Positions 1 through 10,152 of a stretch of DNA of 50,844 nt are shown here, piece after piece; the stretch's first letter is position 1, and the number at the start of each line of letters is the position of its first letter. The DNA is taken from assembly GCA_046301455.1 (NCBI GenBank), contig JBKCJY010000400.1, positions 1-50,844 of the forward strand. Reading direction: 5' to 3'. The position numbers and the translations under genes are program-made. The stretch is from Chitinophagaceae bacterium. GTDB lineage: Bacteria > Bacteroidota > Bacteroidia > Chitinophagales > Chitinophagaceae. The notes under the pieces were generated by a model. The model did no database searches. It saw only the letters and a list, made by a program, of their open reading frames with translations, and was not told the DNA's origin.

Positions 1-230
1 GCTCACGTTGCCGTGCAGTCGATTTTTAATTTTAGGATACAGATGAAATAATTCTTTCTGAGATTTTGCAAAGCAGTGACTGAGCAAAGAAATATCTTTT
101 GATGAGCAATTCTTATCAATCATTTTCCAATAACAATCAACACCATTGGGTGCATTAAAATCAAAAGCTTTGCTTCTTCCTTAATGCCGAGATTTTTAAT
201 GAGTGTTGTACTTGAATAACCTGCTGCCAT
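1..230 (-). pseudogene. DUF3052-like gene, frameshifted near 157-160, running off the left edge
   Basis: ATG at 230 reads MAAGYSSTTLIKNLGIKEEAKLLI (cf. recalled family start MAGYSGTPLxKKLGIK) and stops at TGA 122-120. Adding one base in the T-run restores NAPNGVDCYWKM...HCFAKSQKELFHLYPKIKNRLHGNVS, open to position 1. Not in the ORF track. Confidence 0.65.
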
Positions 231-231
231 C

Positions 232-293
232 GAGAACTAAAAGTACAAGGGTGCAACGCAAAACCGCTGCTATGAAAAAACTCTGCCGTCCCA
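232..293 (+). repeat. Interspersed repeat copy A (no palindrome insert)
   Basis: tacaagggtgcaa-cgcaaaaccgctgcta (244-272) matches both flanks of the copy at 43887-43937. Confidence 0.65.
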
Positions 294-310
294 TGATCAT
301 CTTCTAAATT

Positions 311-500
311 CACACCCGCTTGCCACTTATCCACAGTTAAATCACAGCTTTCCACAGCCTTTGCAATAAAATCGGTTTTAAATCACCCGCAAACCCAATG
401 CGGCTAAGGGTTTCCCATTTGTGGAAAAAATAAAACACTCCCATTTTGCTTGTAAAGTGGGAAAATATGTTATTTTGTGTGGAATAATGGGAATATTGTC
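311..500. promoter_or_regulatory. mraZ/dcw control region with ~10-bp-phased MraZ-type boxes in both orientations
   Basis: TGGGA 458, TGTTA 468, TGTGG 478, TGGGA 488 on +; CACAG at 332, 343, 353 (TGTG on -). MraZ is known to bind phased TGGG/GTGG repeats upstream of its gene. Confidence 0.65.
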
Positions 501-514
501 CTGTTTCAACACAA

Positions 515-970
515 ATGATTGGTTTTCTTGGAGAATACGAAGTTACGCTGGACCAAAAAGGTCGCTTTCTGCTCCCGGCCGCTTTCAAAAAGCAAGTGCC
601 GGAAGAGTGGGGCAACCAGTATGTGATCAGCAGAGGTATTGAAACCTGCCTCACCTTGTATCCTATGAAAAATTGGGAACCCATCATGGCGGAAATATCT
701 CAGCTAAACGATTTTGACCCTAAAGTAAGACAATTTCAACGCTATTTTTTAAACGGTGCTACCAATGTGGAACCGGATAGCGCAGGTCGTCTGCTCATTC
801 CGCAAACATTAAAAGCCTATGCATCTCTGGAAAAAGATGCAGTGATGGTGGCTCGTGTGAACAAAATAGAAATATGGGATAAAGTAAAGTACCAGCAGTT
901 CTTTGAAAACTTTTCACCCGACACTTTCAGCAGCCTTGCTAATGAAGTGATGGTTAAAAAAGAGCAGTAG
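515..970 (+). CDS. mraZ: Division/cell wall cluster transcriptional repressor MraZ
   Basis: Two SpoVT/AbrB repeats (LDQKGR, DSAGRLLIP, IEIWD); first gene of dcw. Confidence 0.97.
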   Translation: MIGFLGEYEVTLDQKGRFLLPAAFKKQVPEEWGNQYVISRGIETCLTLYPMKNWEPIMAEISQLNDFDPKVRQFQRYFLNGATNVEPDSAGRLLIPQTLKAYASLEKDAVMVARVNKIEIWDKVKYQQFFENFSPDTFSSLANEVMVKKEQ

Positions 971-972
971 TA

Positions 973-1935
973 ATGGAGCAAAAAAAGCAAATAGCCCACT
1001 CCACATCAAAAGTTGATGAAGGGCAGGCGCCGCAATATGAGTATCATGTTCCGGTGATGCTGATGGAAGCTGTGGATGGCCTCAACATAAAACCCAATGG
1101 TATTTATGTTGATTGCACATTTGGTGGCGGTGGCCACAGCCGTGAAATTTTGAAACGATTGAATGCCGATGGAAAATTATTTGCTTTTGACCAGGACCCT
1201 GATGCAAAACGAAACTTGCCAGATGATGAACGCATTGTTTTTGTTCCGCACAACTTCCGTTACATCAGCCGTTTTTTGAAATTGCATAAAGCTGAAAAAG
1301 TGGATGGTGTGTTGGCCGATTTGGGAGTAAGTAGTCATCAGTTTGATGAACCGGAACGTGGTTTTTCTACACGGTTTGATGGTCCGCTGGATATGCGTAT
1401 GGATCAATCATCAGCAAAAACAGCAGCTTCTATTCTTCAAACATTTACACAGGAGCAACTGCACAAAATGTTTGAACAGTATGGCGAAGTAACCAACTCC
1501 AAAACACTGGCTGCTACAATTGTTGATCAACGCAAACACAATCCGCTGCAAACAATCAACCAACTCAAACAAGCATTGCAAACTGTAGTGAAGGGTAATC
1601 CCAATAAATATTTTGCCCAGGTATTTCAGGCACTACGTATAGAAGTAAATGACGAATTGCTTGTATTAAAAGAACTGCTGGAACAATTACCTGAAGTATT
1701 AAAGCCGGGAGGCAGGGCAAGCATTATTTCATTTCACTCGCTGGAAGACCGATTGGTTAAAAACTTTTTTAAACAGGGAAGTTTTGAAGAGGAAACGTAT
1801 AACCCTTTCTCAACCGGTGAGCGTGAAAAAATTTTTAAAGTAATAACAAAGAAGCCAACAGAGCCAAGTCCTGAAGAACAAAAACAAAATCCAAGAAGCA
1901 GAAGCGCAAGATTAAGAGTGGCTGAAAAACTGTAG
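973..1935 (+). CDS. rsmH: 16S rRNA m4C1402 methyltransferase RsmH
   Basis: HVPVM, DCTFGGGGHS, DLGVSSHQ, LDMRM, SFHSLEDR, NPRSRSARLR motifs. Confidence 0.98.
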   Translation: MEQKKQIAHSTSKVDEGQAPQYEYHVPVMLMEAVDGLNIKPNGIYVDCTFGGGGHSREILKRLNADGKLFAFDQDPDAKRNLPDDERIVFVPHNFRYISRFLKLHKAEKVDGVLADLGVSSHQFDEPERGFSTRFDGPLDMRMDQSSAKTAASILQTFTQEQLHKMFEQYGEVTNSKTLAATIVDQRKHNPLQTINQLKQALQTVVKGNPNKYFAQVFQALRIEVNDELLVLKELLEQLPEVLKPGGRASIISFHSLEDRLVKNFFKQGSFEEETYNPFSTGEREKIFKVITKKPTEPSPEEQKQNPRSRSARLRVAEKL

Positions 1936-2097
1936 ACGAATCCAATACCTGATTGAAAATAAAATGCCGTTGATAACACCATTCATTATATCGAAAATCA
2001 TACCCACTGAATTCCATCTCTGAAACCACAATTTTTAAAATCCAATCCTTTTAAAACCATCAACAACTAAAACAAACTCAGAACAAGAACTCAACCG

Positions 2098-2421
2098 ATG
2101 GCAGCAAAAGAACCGAAGTTTGAATTGAAAAAATGGTTCAACTATCAATGGATTGTACGTAACGTTCCATTCTTTCTGTTTCTTTCTTTACTGGCGGTAC
2201 TCTACATCGCCAACGGCCACTACGCCGACAACACTATCCGTGACATTAATAAAACCACAAGGCTTCTAAAAGAGCAGGAGTATGAATACAAATCACTCAA
2301 TGGTAAACTCATGTTTCAAAACCGGTTGAGTGAAGTTTCAAAAGCAGTAGATACCATCGGACTCAAAGAAAATATTCAGCAACCCATCAAATTAACTGAT
2401 AGCAGCACAGCAAAAAATTAA
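2098..2421 (+). CDS. ftsL: FtsL-like cell division protein
   Basis: 107 aa, one TM helix then a coiled coil; located between rsmH and ftsI. Confidence 0.88.
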   Translation: MAAKEPKFELKKWFNYQWIVRNVPFFLFLSLLAVLYIANGHYADNTIRDINKTTRLLKEQEYEYKSLNGKLMFQNRLSEVSKAVDTIGLKENIQQPIKLTDSSTAKN

Positions 2422-4520
2422 TGGAAGTAAAAAAAGACATATTGTGGCGTGTGTACCTTGGGTTCCTTGGTCTTGCAATATTTGGCATACTCATTTTGGG
2501 TAAGGCTTTCTATACGCAAAGTTTTGAAGGCGCTTACTGGAAAAGCATGGGCGATAGTATGCACACAAAAATAATTGACCTTGCTGCAGAGCGAGGCACA
2601 ATTTACAGTGAAGATGGAAGTATGCTTTCCACTTCATTGCCGCAATTTGATATTTATATTGATTTTGGTGCTGATGGTTTGCGTGCAATAAACGGACAAA
2701 ACTTTTTCAACAATATTGATTCGTTAAGTATTGCACTGGGCGGTTTGTTTAAAGATAAATCTGCTGAAACATGGAAGAAAGAATTAAAACTGGCTTATAA
2801 AAATAAAGAACGCTATTATCCCTTCCGCAAAAAAGTTTCGTTTGAAGAATACAAAGCTCTTCGTGAATTTCCATTGGTAAAATTGGGCAAAAACAAAAGT
2901 GGTTTTATTGCTGAAGTAAAAACTAAACGCTTAAATCCATTTGGTGAGTTGGGCTTCCGTACCATTGGTTTGTATAGAGAAAATTCAAAACTGGTTGGAC
3001 TGGAACGTTCATTTGATACTGTGCTAAGAGGAACAAGCGGTAAACGATTGGTACGTTTTGTAGCAGGTGGTGTAATGATGCCTGTTGAAGGTTTTGAAGT
3101 TGAACCTGAAAATGGTAATGATGTTTACACTACACTCGATGTAAACATTCAGGATATTACCGAACGTGCTTTGATGCGTACGATGACAACCAATGAAGCT
3201 CTTGAAGGTACATGCATTGTAATGGAAGTGGCTACAGGGAAAATTAAAGCTATTGCCAACCTTAGCCGAACAGAAGAAGGAACTTATTTTGAGAAAGACA
3301 ATTTTGCACTGCGTACATCAGAGCCTGGTTCTACTATTAAACTTGTTACACTCTTTGCAGCGCTTGAAGATAAACATGTAACCATTAATGATAACATCAC
3401 TATCAACGGTGGCAGATGGAATTTAAATGGAAGAACGATTGTTGATGACCATCACGGCCCTGAAGTGATTAGTATTAAAAATTCATTTGCACAAAGCTCC
3501 AATGTAGCAATGAGTAAATTGGCTTATCAGTATTACATCAATGACCCAAAGAAATATTATAAGCATTTAAAGAATCTTCATCTTACTTCAAAAACTGGAA
3601 TTGAGTTGAATGAAGAGTTCAAGCCATTGGTGAAAAATCCAAATACAGCTAAATACTGGCATCCACAAACACTGGCTTCATGGGGCTTTGGTTATGAAAT
3701 CATGCTCTCACCGTTGCAACTATTAATGGTATACAATGCAGTAGCGAATAATGGTAAGATGATGAAACCTTACTTACTCAATGAAATTCGCAGCTATGGT
3801 ACAATTGTGCAAAAAAATGAACCAACAGTATTAACTGAACAAATCGGCAGTACACTAACTATTCAACAATTGCAGGAGTGTTTGAAAGAAGTTTGTATAA
3901 CCGGAACAGGTAAAAATGTATTTGCCAATTCACCTTATAAAGTGGCAGGTAAAACAGGGACAGCAAAAGTCAATGATGGAAAGTTCAAGTATAGTGATGG
4001 TGTTTATCAAAGTGCATTTGCTGGATATTTTCCTGCCGAAGCTCCCAAGTATTCCATCATTGTTGTAGTAAAAAACAAGCCGCATGCTGCTAATTATTAT
4101 GGTGGAACTGTTGCAGCTCCTGTGTTTCGTGAAATAGCTGACCATTTATATAAATACAGTTTGAATCAGCAAACACCATTGCAATTGCCTGTTGCTGATT
4201 CAATGCTGTACACATTTGGCGGCATGAAAAAAGAAATTCAATCCATCACAAGCACATTTCAATTTGGATACAACGATGCTATGAGCGGCAACTGGAGAAC
4301 CATTGCATTAAAAAATAAAACAGTACAACCGCAGGTGTTCAAAACATCATCATCCACCATCCCCGATGTACGTGGCATGGGTTTAAAAGATGCATTGTAT
4401 GTGTTGGAAAATAATGGGCTGAGTGTGCAAATAAACGGCAAAGGAAAAGTAGTAGGTCAATCAATCACTGCAGGTACACCTGCAACAAAAGGACAATCAA
4501 TCATATTGTATTTGAATTAA
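2421..4520 (+). CDS. ftsI: Peptidoglycan transpeptidase FtsI (PBP3) with C-terminal PASTA domain
   Basis: RGTIY, EPGSTIK (SxxK), SSN, KTGT motifs; PDVRGMGLKDA PASTA. Confidence 0.95.
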   Translation: MEVKKDILWRVYLGFLGLAIFGILILGKAFYTQSFEGAYWKSMGDSMHTKIIDLAAERGTIYSEDGSMLSTSLPQFDIYIDFGADGLRAINGQNFFNNIDSLSIALGGLFKDKSAETWKKELKLAYKNKERYYPFRKKVSFEEYKALREFPLVKLGKNKSGFIAEVKTKRLNPFGELGFRTIGLYRENSKLVGLERSFDTVLRGTSGKRLVRFVAGGVMMPVEGFEVEPENGNDVYTTLDVNIQDITERALMRTMTTNEALEGTCIVMEVATGKIKAIANLSRTEEGTYFEKDNFALRTSEPGSTIKLVTLFAALEDKHVTINDNITINGGRWNLNGRTIVDDHHGPEVISIKNSFAQSSNVAMSKLAYQYYINDPKKYYKHLKNLHLTSKTGIELNEEFKPLVKNPNTAKYWHPQTLASWGFGYEIMLSPLQLLMVYNAVANNGKMMKPYLLNEIRSYGTIVQKNEPTVLTEQIGSTLTIQQLQECLKEVCITGTGKNVFANSPYKVAGKTGTAKVNDGKFKYSDGVYQSAFAGYFPAEAPKYSIIVVVKNKPHAANYYGGTVAAPVFREIADHLYKYSLNQQTPLQLPVADSMLYTFGGMKKEIQSITSTFQFGYNDAMSGNWRTIALKNKTVQPQVFKTSSSTIPDVRGMGLKDALYVLENNGLSVQINGKGKVVGQSITAGTPATKGQSIILYLN

Positions 4521-5986
4521 TGAAGATGTTAAAAGACATATTATACAAAGTGCATATCCGCAGCGTTCACGGAACAACCAATGTTGAAGTGAATGATGTG
4601 CAGATTGATTCACGTCTTGTAACAAAGGGTTGTTGTTTTATTGCCATTAAAGGAACAGCAACAGATGGACATACATTTATTGAGAAAGCTATTGAAAAAG
4701 GGGCAACTGTTATTGTGTGTGAACATTTACCAACAACTATCAGCTATGCGGCTACTTATGTGGAAGTAAGCAATAGTGCAGAATCTGCAGGTTACATGGC
4801 CAATCAGTTTTTTGGAAATGTAACAGAGCAAATGAAAGTAGTAGGTGTTACAGGTACCAACGGTAAAACAACCATCGCCACACTTTTATACAAACTCTTC
4901 AGCGGATTGGGTTATAAATGCGGATTGATTTCAACCGTTGAATATCATGTGGGAAATGAAGTGTTCCCGTCAACACATACCACACCTGATGTGATTTCAC
5001 TCAATCGCTTGTTGAAAAAAATGTATAATGCTGGCTGCACACATGTGTTTATGGAAAGCAGCAGTCATGCGATTCATCAACACCGGATCACAGGTATACA
5101 TTTTACAGGCGCACTGTTCAGTAACATTACACACGACCATTTAGATTATCATAAAACATTTGATGAATACATCCGTGTAAAGAAAGCATTCTTTGATGGG
5201 CTTACCTCAGATGCCTTTGCAATCAGCAATCATGATGACAAGCGTGGAGAAGTGATGCTGCAAAACACGAAAGCGAAGAAACGTTACTATAGCTTAAAAT
5301 CTGTTTCTGATTTTAAAGGAAAGATTTTAGAAAATGGCCTTACAGGTTTGTATATGCTGGTGAATAATGAAGAGGTGCACTTCCGCTTAATTGGTGAATT
5401 CAATGCGTATAATCTATTGGCAGTTTTTGGTGCTGCCATTGAATTAGGTGAAGAGAAACAGAAAGTATTACAGGTGTTAAGCAGTATAACAGGTGCCGAG
5501 GGAAGGTTTGATTATATCATTTCTTCGAAAGATTTAATTCTTGGTATTGTAGATTATGCACATACTCCAGATGCGTTGGAGAATGTGTTGAGTACGATTA
5601 AGAAATTAAAACGTGGTCATGAGCAGATCATAACAGTAGTTGGTTGTGGTGGCGACAGAGATAAAACCAAACGACCAGTAATGGGAGCAGTTGCGTGTGA
5701 GTTGAGTGATAAAGTGATTTTCACCAGTGATAATCCACGCACAGAAGACCCATTGGAAATATTGGCTGATATGGAAGAAGGATTGAACAGTGCAGCAAGA
5801 AGAAAATTTATTTCAATTGCTGACAGGAAGGAAGCGATTAAAACCGCAGTTAGCCTGGCGCATCATGAAGACATCATTCTAGTCGCAGGCAAAGGACATG
5901 AGAAGTACCAGGATATTAAAGGAGTGAAATACGAATTTGATGATAAAAAAGTGTTGAAGGAAATGTTTGAGTTGTTGGAGAAATAA
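4520..5986 (+). CDS. murE: UDP-MurNAc-dipeptide:meso-DAP ligase MurE
   Basis: GVTGTNGKTT, HTTP, DHLDYH, DYAHTPD, DNPR (DAP specificity), GKGHE. Confidence 0.98.
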   Translation: MKMLKDILYKVHIRSVHGTTNVEVNDVQIDSRLVTKGCCFIAIKGTATDGHTFIEKAIEKGATVIVCEHLPTTISYAATYVEVSNSAESAGYMANQFFGNVTEQMKVVGVTGTNGKTTIATLLYKLFSGLGYKCGLISTVEYHVGNEVFPSTHTTPDVISLNRLLKKMYNAGCTHVFMESSSHAIHQHRITGIHFTGALFSNITHDHLDYHKTFDEYIRVKKAFFDGLTSDAFAISNHDDKRGEVMLQNTKAKKRYYSLKSVSDFKGKILENGLTGLYMLVNNEEVHFRLIGEFNAYNLLAVFGAAIELGEEKQKVLQVLSSITGAEGRFDYIISSKDLILGIVDYAHTPDALENVLSTIKKLKRGHEQIITVVGCGGDRDKTKRPVMGAVACELSDKVIFTSDNPRTEDPLEILADMEEGLNSAARRKFISIADRKEAIKTAVSLAHHEDIILVAGKGHEKYQDIKGVKYEFDDKKVLKEMFELLEK

Positions 5987-6011
5987 ACAGTAACTAAAAA
6001 ACGTAACACAA

Positions 6012-7289
6012 ATGTTAAAGAACTTATTTGATTGGCTAAACAGCATCGGGGTAAAATTCCCCGGCGACAACCTGTTTCAGTTCATCACCAGCAGAGTAAT
6101 GCTGGCCTTGGTTCTTTCATTAGTGATATCAACAGTGTTTGGGAGACGTCTTATCAATTATTTAAGAAAAAAACAAGTAGGTGAAAGTGTTCGTGATTTA
6201 GGATTGGCAGGCGAGCAGCAAAAGAAAGGAACACCTACAATGGGTGGCATCATCATCATTGTAAGCATCATCGTTCCCACATTACTGTTAGCAGATGTAA
6301 GTAAAGTCTATATTCTGCTTATGTTGTTTGCAACAATATGGATGGGGTTGATTGGTTTTATTGATGATTATTTAAAAATTAGAGCCAAGCGTATTGCACA
6401 ACAACAGGGTATCGCTTATAAAAAAGGTGATGCTGATGGATTGGCAGGATGGTTTAAAATTTTAGGACAGGTAGTATTAGGCGTGGCAGTAGCAACTACA
6501 CTTATGTTCAACAGCTCTGTAAAAGCATTTCGTGAGTTTAAGGGAACACAAGTACCCGCAGGTGTTGAAACAAAAGTGATAAAAATCGATGGTAAAGAAA
6601 AAGTGATGATTGAAGCAAACGAACCTGTAACAACTATTCCGTTTGTAAAAAGCCATGAGTTTAACTATTCAAAATTATTACCTCAGGCTATTCGTGGAAT
6701 CACATGGTTGCTGTATGTAGTGATTGTGATTTTTATTGTGACAGCTGTTTCAAACGCAGCCAACTTAACGGATGGTATTGATGGATTGGCAACTGGAGTA
6801 TCAGCCATCATTGGAATTGGATTAGGTGTGTTTGCGTATGCAAGCGGTAACAGTCGTTTGGCAGAGTATCTTAATATTCTTTACATACCCGGAATTGGTG
6901 AGTTGTCCATTTTCATTGCAGCCATGGTGGGTGCATGTATTGGCTTCCTATGGTACAACTCTTATCCTGCACAAGTGTTCATGGGCGATACAGGAAGTTT
7001 AATGCTGGGAGGCGTGATTGCATCATTGGCGTTTTTAGTAAGAAAGGAATTGCTGATTCCCATTTTGTGTGCTGTGTTTTTTGTGGAAGCGTTGAGTGTA
7101 ACACTGCAGGTGGCATATTTCAAATACACAAAAAGAAAGTATGGTGAAGGTCGACGAATTTTTTTGATGAGCCCGTTACATCATCATTATCAAAAACAAG
7201 GATTTCATGAGAGTAAAATTGTAACACGTTTCTGGATTGTAACCATCCTCTGCGTGGCCTTTGCGATTGTTACCCTCAAAATCCGTTAG
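6012..7289 (+). CDS. mraY: Phospho-MurNAc-pentapeptide transferase MraY
   Basis: KKGTPTMGG, IDDY, NLTDGIDGL, VFMGDTGS, PLHHHY. Confidence 0.98.
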   Translation: MLKNLFDWLNSIGVKFPGDNLFQFITSRVMLALVLSLVISTVFGRRLINYLRKKQVGESVRDLGLAGEQQKKGTPTMGGIIIIVSIIVPTLLLADVSKVYILLMLFATIWMGLIGFIDDYLKIRAKRIAQQQGIAYKKGDADGLAGWFKILGQVVLGVAVATTLMFNSSVKAFREFKGTQVPAGVETKVIKIDGKEKVMIEANEPVTTIPFVKSHEFNYSKLLPQAIRGITWLLYVVIVIFIVTAVSNAANLTDGIDGLATGVSAIIGIGLGVFAYASGNSRLAEYLNILYIPGIGELSIFIAAMVGACIGFLWYNSYPAQVFMGDTGSLMLGGVIASLAFLVRKELLIPILCAVFFVEALSVTLQVAYFKYTKRKYGEGRRIFLMSPLHHHYQKQGFHESKIVTRFWIVTILCVAFAIVTLKIR

Positions 7290-7443
7290 ACATAGTTGTG
7301 AAAAACCAACAGGTTTTAGAAGTAGATCCATCATCCATTGAAGACCAACCTGAGAGAACCGATTGTGAGGAGCGCCCTACTAACCCATACCAATGAAGAA
7401 CCTTTTTTATTCTGAATCAGCGTAAAAGAGGTGAGAAACCAAA

Positions 7444-7505
7444 ATGAGTTGCTGGTTGAAAGTTGCAGGTTACCAGTAACAAAAACGAAAAAACCTGTAA
7501 CAAGA
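7444..7505. repeat. Degenerate heptamer array with a short complementary arm upstream of murD
   Basis: atgagtt gctggtt gaaagtt gcaggtt accagta ... aacctgt aacaaga (period 7). Confidence 0.55.
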
Positions 7506-7510
7506 AATTG

Positions 7511-8851
7511 ATGAAACACAAATGTTACATACTCGGCGGTGGCGAAAGCGGAACAGGCGCTGCCATCCTTGCTAAACAGCAAGGGTATGATGTATTTGTG
7601 AGTGATGGTGCACCTATTAAAGAAGTGTACAAAGAAGAATTGAAGGAACATGGAATTGACTTTGAAGAAAGAGGACACACAGAAGAAAAAATTTTGATGG
7701 CAGATGAAATCATGAAAAGCCCCGGTATTCCTGAGAAGAGCGACATCATGAAGGCCATCCGCAAAAAAGGGATTCCTGTTATCAGTGAAATTGAACTGGC
7801 ATGGCGATACAAAGGCAAGAGCAAAATTGTGGGCATTACCGGAAGTAATGGTAAAACAACTGTTACATCACTTACTTATCATATATGCAAACACGCAGGT
7901 TTGGATTGTGCACTTGTAGGTAACATCGGCATCAGCATTGCCAAGCAAGTAGCACTCGACCCCAAAGAGATTTATGTAGCAGAAATCAGCAGTTTTCAAT
8001 TAGATGACATCAAAGATTTCCGTGCAGAGATTGCTGTGCTCACTAATATAACTGAAGACCATCTCGACCGCTATGAATACAAATTTGAAAATTATATCAA
8101 ATCAAAGTTTAAAATCACACAAAATCAAACAGCCGATGATGTGTTCATCTATTGTGCTGATGACCCTGTAACTATTAAATATCTGAACAAACTAACTCTA
8201 AATTCTAACCCACTCCCTTTTACCATGAACAAAGAACCACAAAAAGGTGCTTTCATTAAAGATGGCACAATGATGATTGCAGTGAATGATGACAAAGTAA
8301 CGATGAGCGTAGATGATTTTAAAATTAAAGGCAAACACAACCAGTACAACACTATGGCAGCAGGAATTGCAGGTGCCACACTCGGAATCCGAAAGGAAAA
8401 GATACGGGAGGCCATTGAAACCTTTGAAAGTTTGGAGCACCGTATGGAGTATGTAGCTACAATTAAAGGAGTGGAATACATTAACGATAGTAAAGCTACA
8501 AACATTAACTCCACATGGTTTGCATTGGAGAGTATGACACAACCAACAATTTTGATACTTGGTGGTGTGGATAAAGGAAATGATTATGAAGTATTGAAAG
8601 AACTGGTAAAAGAAAAAGTAAAAGCTATTGTGTGCCTGGGTACTGATAACAGAAAAATTCATGAAGCTTTTGGTGATGATGTGGCTTTAATGGTGAATAC
8701 TACCAGTGCTGAAGATGCAGTAAAAGCTGCGTATCATTTTGCAGTAAAAGGGGATACTGTATTGCTGAGTCCTGCATGCGCCAGTTTTGATTTGTTTAAG
8801 AATTATGAAGACAGAGGAAATCAGTTTAAGAAAGCGGTGAGAGAACTGTAA
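7511..8851 (+). CDS. murD: UDP-MurNAc-L-Ala:D-Glu ligase MurD
   Basis: ILGGGESG, GITGSNGKTT, EISSFQL, DHLDRY, NDSKATN, LLSPACASFD. Start moved to ATG 7511 because the ORF-track TTG extension is repeat-derived. Confidence 0.97.
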   Translation: MKHKCYILGGGESGTGAAILAKQQGYDVFVSDGAPIKEVYKEELKEHGIDFEERGHTEEKILMADEIMKSPGIPEKSDIMKAIRKKGIPVISEIELAWRYKGKSKIVGITGSNGKTTVTSLTYHICKHAGLDCALVGNIGISIAKQVALDPKEIYVAEISSFQLDDIKDFRAEIAVLTNITEDHLDRYEYKFENYIKSKFKITQNQTADDVFIYCADDPVTIKYLNKLTLNSNPLPFTMNKEPQKGAFIKDGTMMIAVNDDKVTMSVDDFKIKGKHNQYNTMAAGIAGATLGIRKEKIREAIETFESLEHRMEYVATIKGVEYINDSKATNINSTWFALESMTQPTILILGGVDKGNDYEVLKELVKEKVKAIVCLGTDNRKIHEAFGDDVALMVNTTSAEDAVKAAYHFAVKGDTVLLSPACASFDLFKNYEDRGNQFKKAVREL

Positions 8852-8910
8852 GAAATTGACAGTTCGTAAGTAAGATTTATAATTAAGAAACTATAAAATA
8901 CAATTATTTT

Positions 8911-10152
8911 TTGAATCAATTCGCATCGATAACATCACAACTTTCTCCTTCGGGGTTAAGAGATAAAACCCGTGGCGACAAAGTGATTTGGGCACTCGTG
9001 ATTATTTTATCACTCGTGAGTTTATTGGTAGTGTACAGCGCTACTAACTCACTGGCATATAAAATGTACAAGGGTAACAATGCCGTATATCTGTTCAAAC
9101 AAATTATTTTCATCACCATTGGTATTGTAGTAGTGTACTTTGCTCACAGAGTGAATTACACCATCTACTCACGGGTAGCTAAAATATTATTCTTTATTTC
9201 CATAGTATTACTGATTTATACATTGCTTTTTGGAGTGCGTTTGAATGAAGGAAGCCGTTGGATTAAATTGCCCATTATCAACCTCACCATTCAAACATCT
9301 GATATTGCAAAGCTGGCACTTTTCATGTATCTCTCAAGATTGCTGAGTAAAAAGCAGGATATGATTAAAGATTTCAAGAAGGGATTTATTCCGCTTATGA
9401 TGCCCATTGTTATCATTTGTGGATTAATTGCGCCTGCAAATTTATCAACAGCATTACTCACTGGCGCAACAAGTATGTTGTTGTTGTTCATTGGCCGGGT
9501 GAGTTTCAAACACATTGCATTGGTAGCAGCAACAGTGATTGTTCCGATAATCATTTTAATCAGCATCGCATCTGCTTACTACGATAAGCAGGAAGGTAAA
9601 ATGAAAGAACTGCCCGCAGTACTTGCAGGTGGCCGTGTACCCACATGGATCAAACGTGTACAGGATTTTATGTATGCTAAAGCAGATGATGCGCCTTATC
9701 AGGTTCAGCAGGCAAAGATTGCAGTAGCAAAAGGTGGGTGGGTAGGATTGGGTCCTGGTAACAGTGAACAACGAAACTTTCTGCCGCATCCCTATTCCGA
9801 TTACATTTTTGCTATCATCATTGAGGAATATGGATTGATGGGTGGTGCCTTCATCATCTTTATCTATATGGTGTTTCTGTTCCGGAGTATTATCACTTTC
9901 AGAAAGTGTCCGTTTGCATTCGGTGCTTTCTTGGCATTGGCATTAAGTTTCACATTAGTAATACAAGCCATGACTAATATGGCAGTAAATGTGGGATTGT
10001 TTCCAGTAACAGGTGTAACACTTCCATTAGTAAGTATGGGTGGCAGCAGTTTCCTGTTTACTTGTTTGGCCATTGGTATTATATTAAGTGTAGCAAGAAA
10101 TGTAGAGGACAATGAAGGAGACTCGAAACAAACTAAAGAAGTAGTGGCATGA
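8911..10152 (+). CDS. ftsW: SEDS peptidoglycan polymerase FtsW
   Basis: Multi-TM; RWI, YQVQQA, LPHPYSDYIFA, PVTGVTLPLVSMGGSS. Confidence 0.95.
   Translation: MNQFASITSQLSPSGLRDKTRGDKVIWALVIILSLVSLLVVYSATNSLAYKMYKGNNAVYLFKQIIFITIGIVVVYFAHRVNYTIYSRVAKILFFISIVLLIYTLLFGVRLNEGSRWIKLPIINLTIQTSDIAKLALFMYLSRLLSKKQDMIKDFKKGFIPLMMPIVIICGLIAPANLSTALLTGATSMLLLFIGRVSFKHIALVAATVIVPIIILISIASAYYDKQEGKMKELPAVLAGGRVPTWIKRVQDFMYAKADDAPYQVQQAKIAVAKGGWVGLGPGNSEQRNFLPHPYSDYIFAIIIEEYGLMGGAFIIFIYMVFLFRSIITFRKCPFAFGAFLALALSFTLVIQAMTNMAVNVGLFPVTGVTLPLVSMGGSSFLFTCLAIGIILSVARNVEDNEGDSKQTKEVVA

Noticed and set aside
327-428. Replication origin suggested by DnaA-type boxes
   Set aside because: Only one perfect box, no typical oriC-linked genes, and the motif overlaps the expected MraZ boxes
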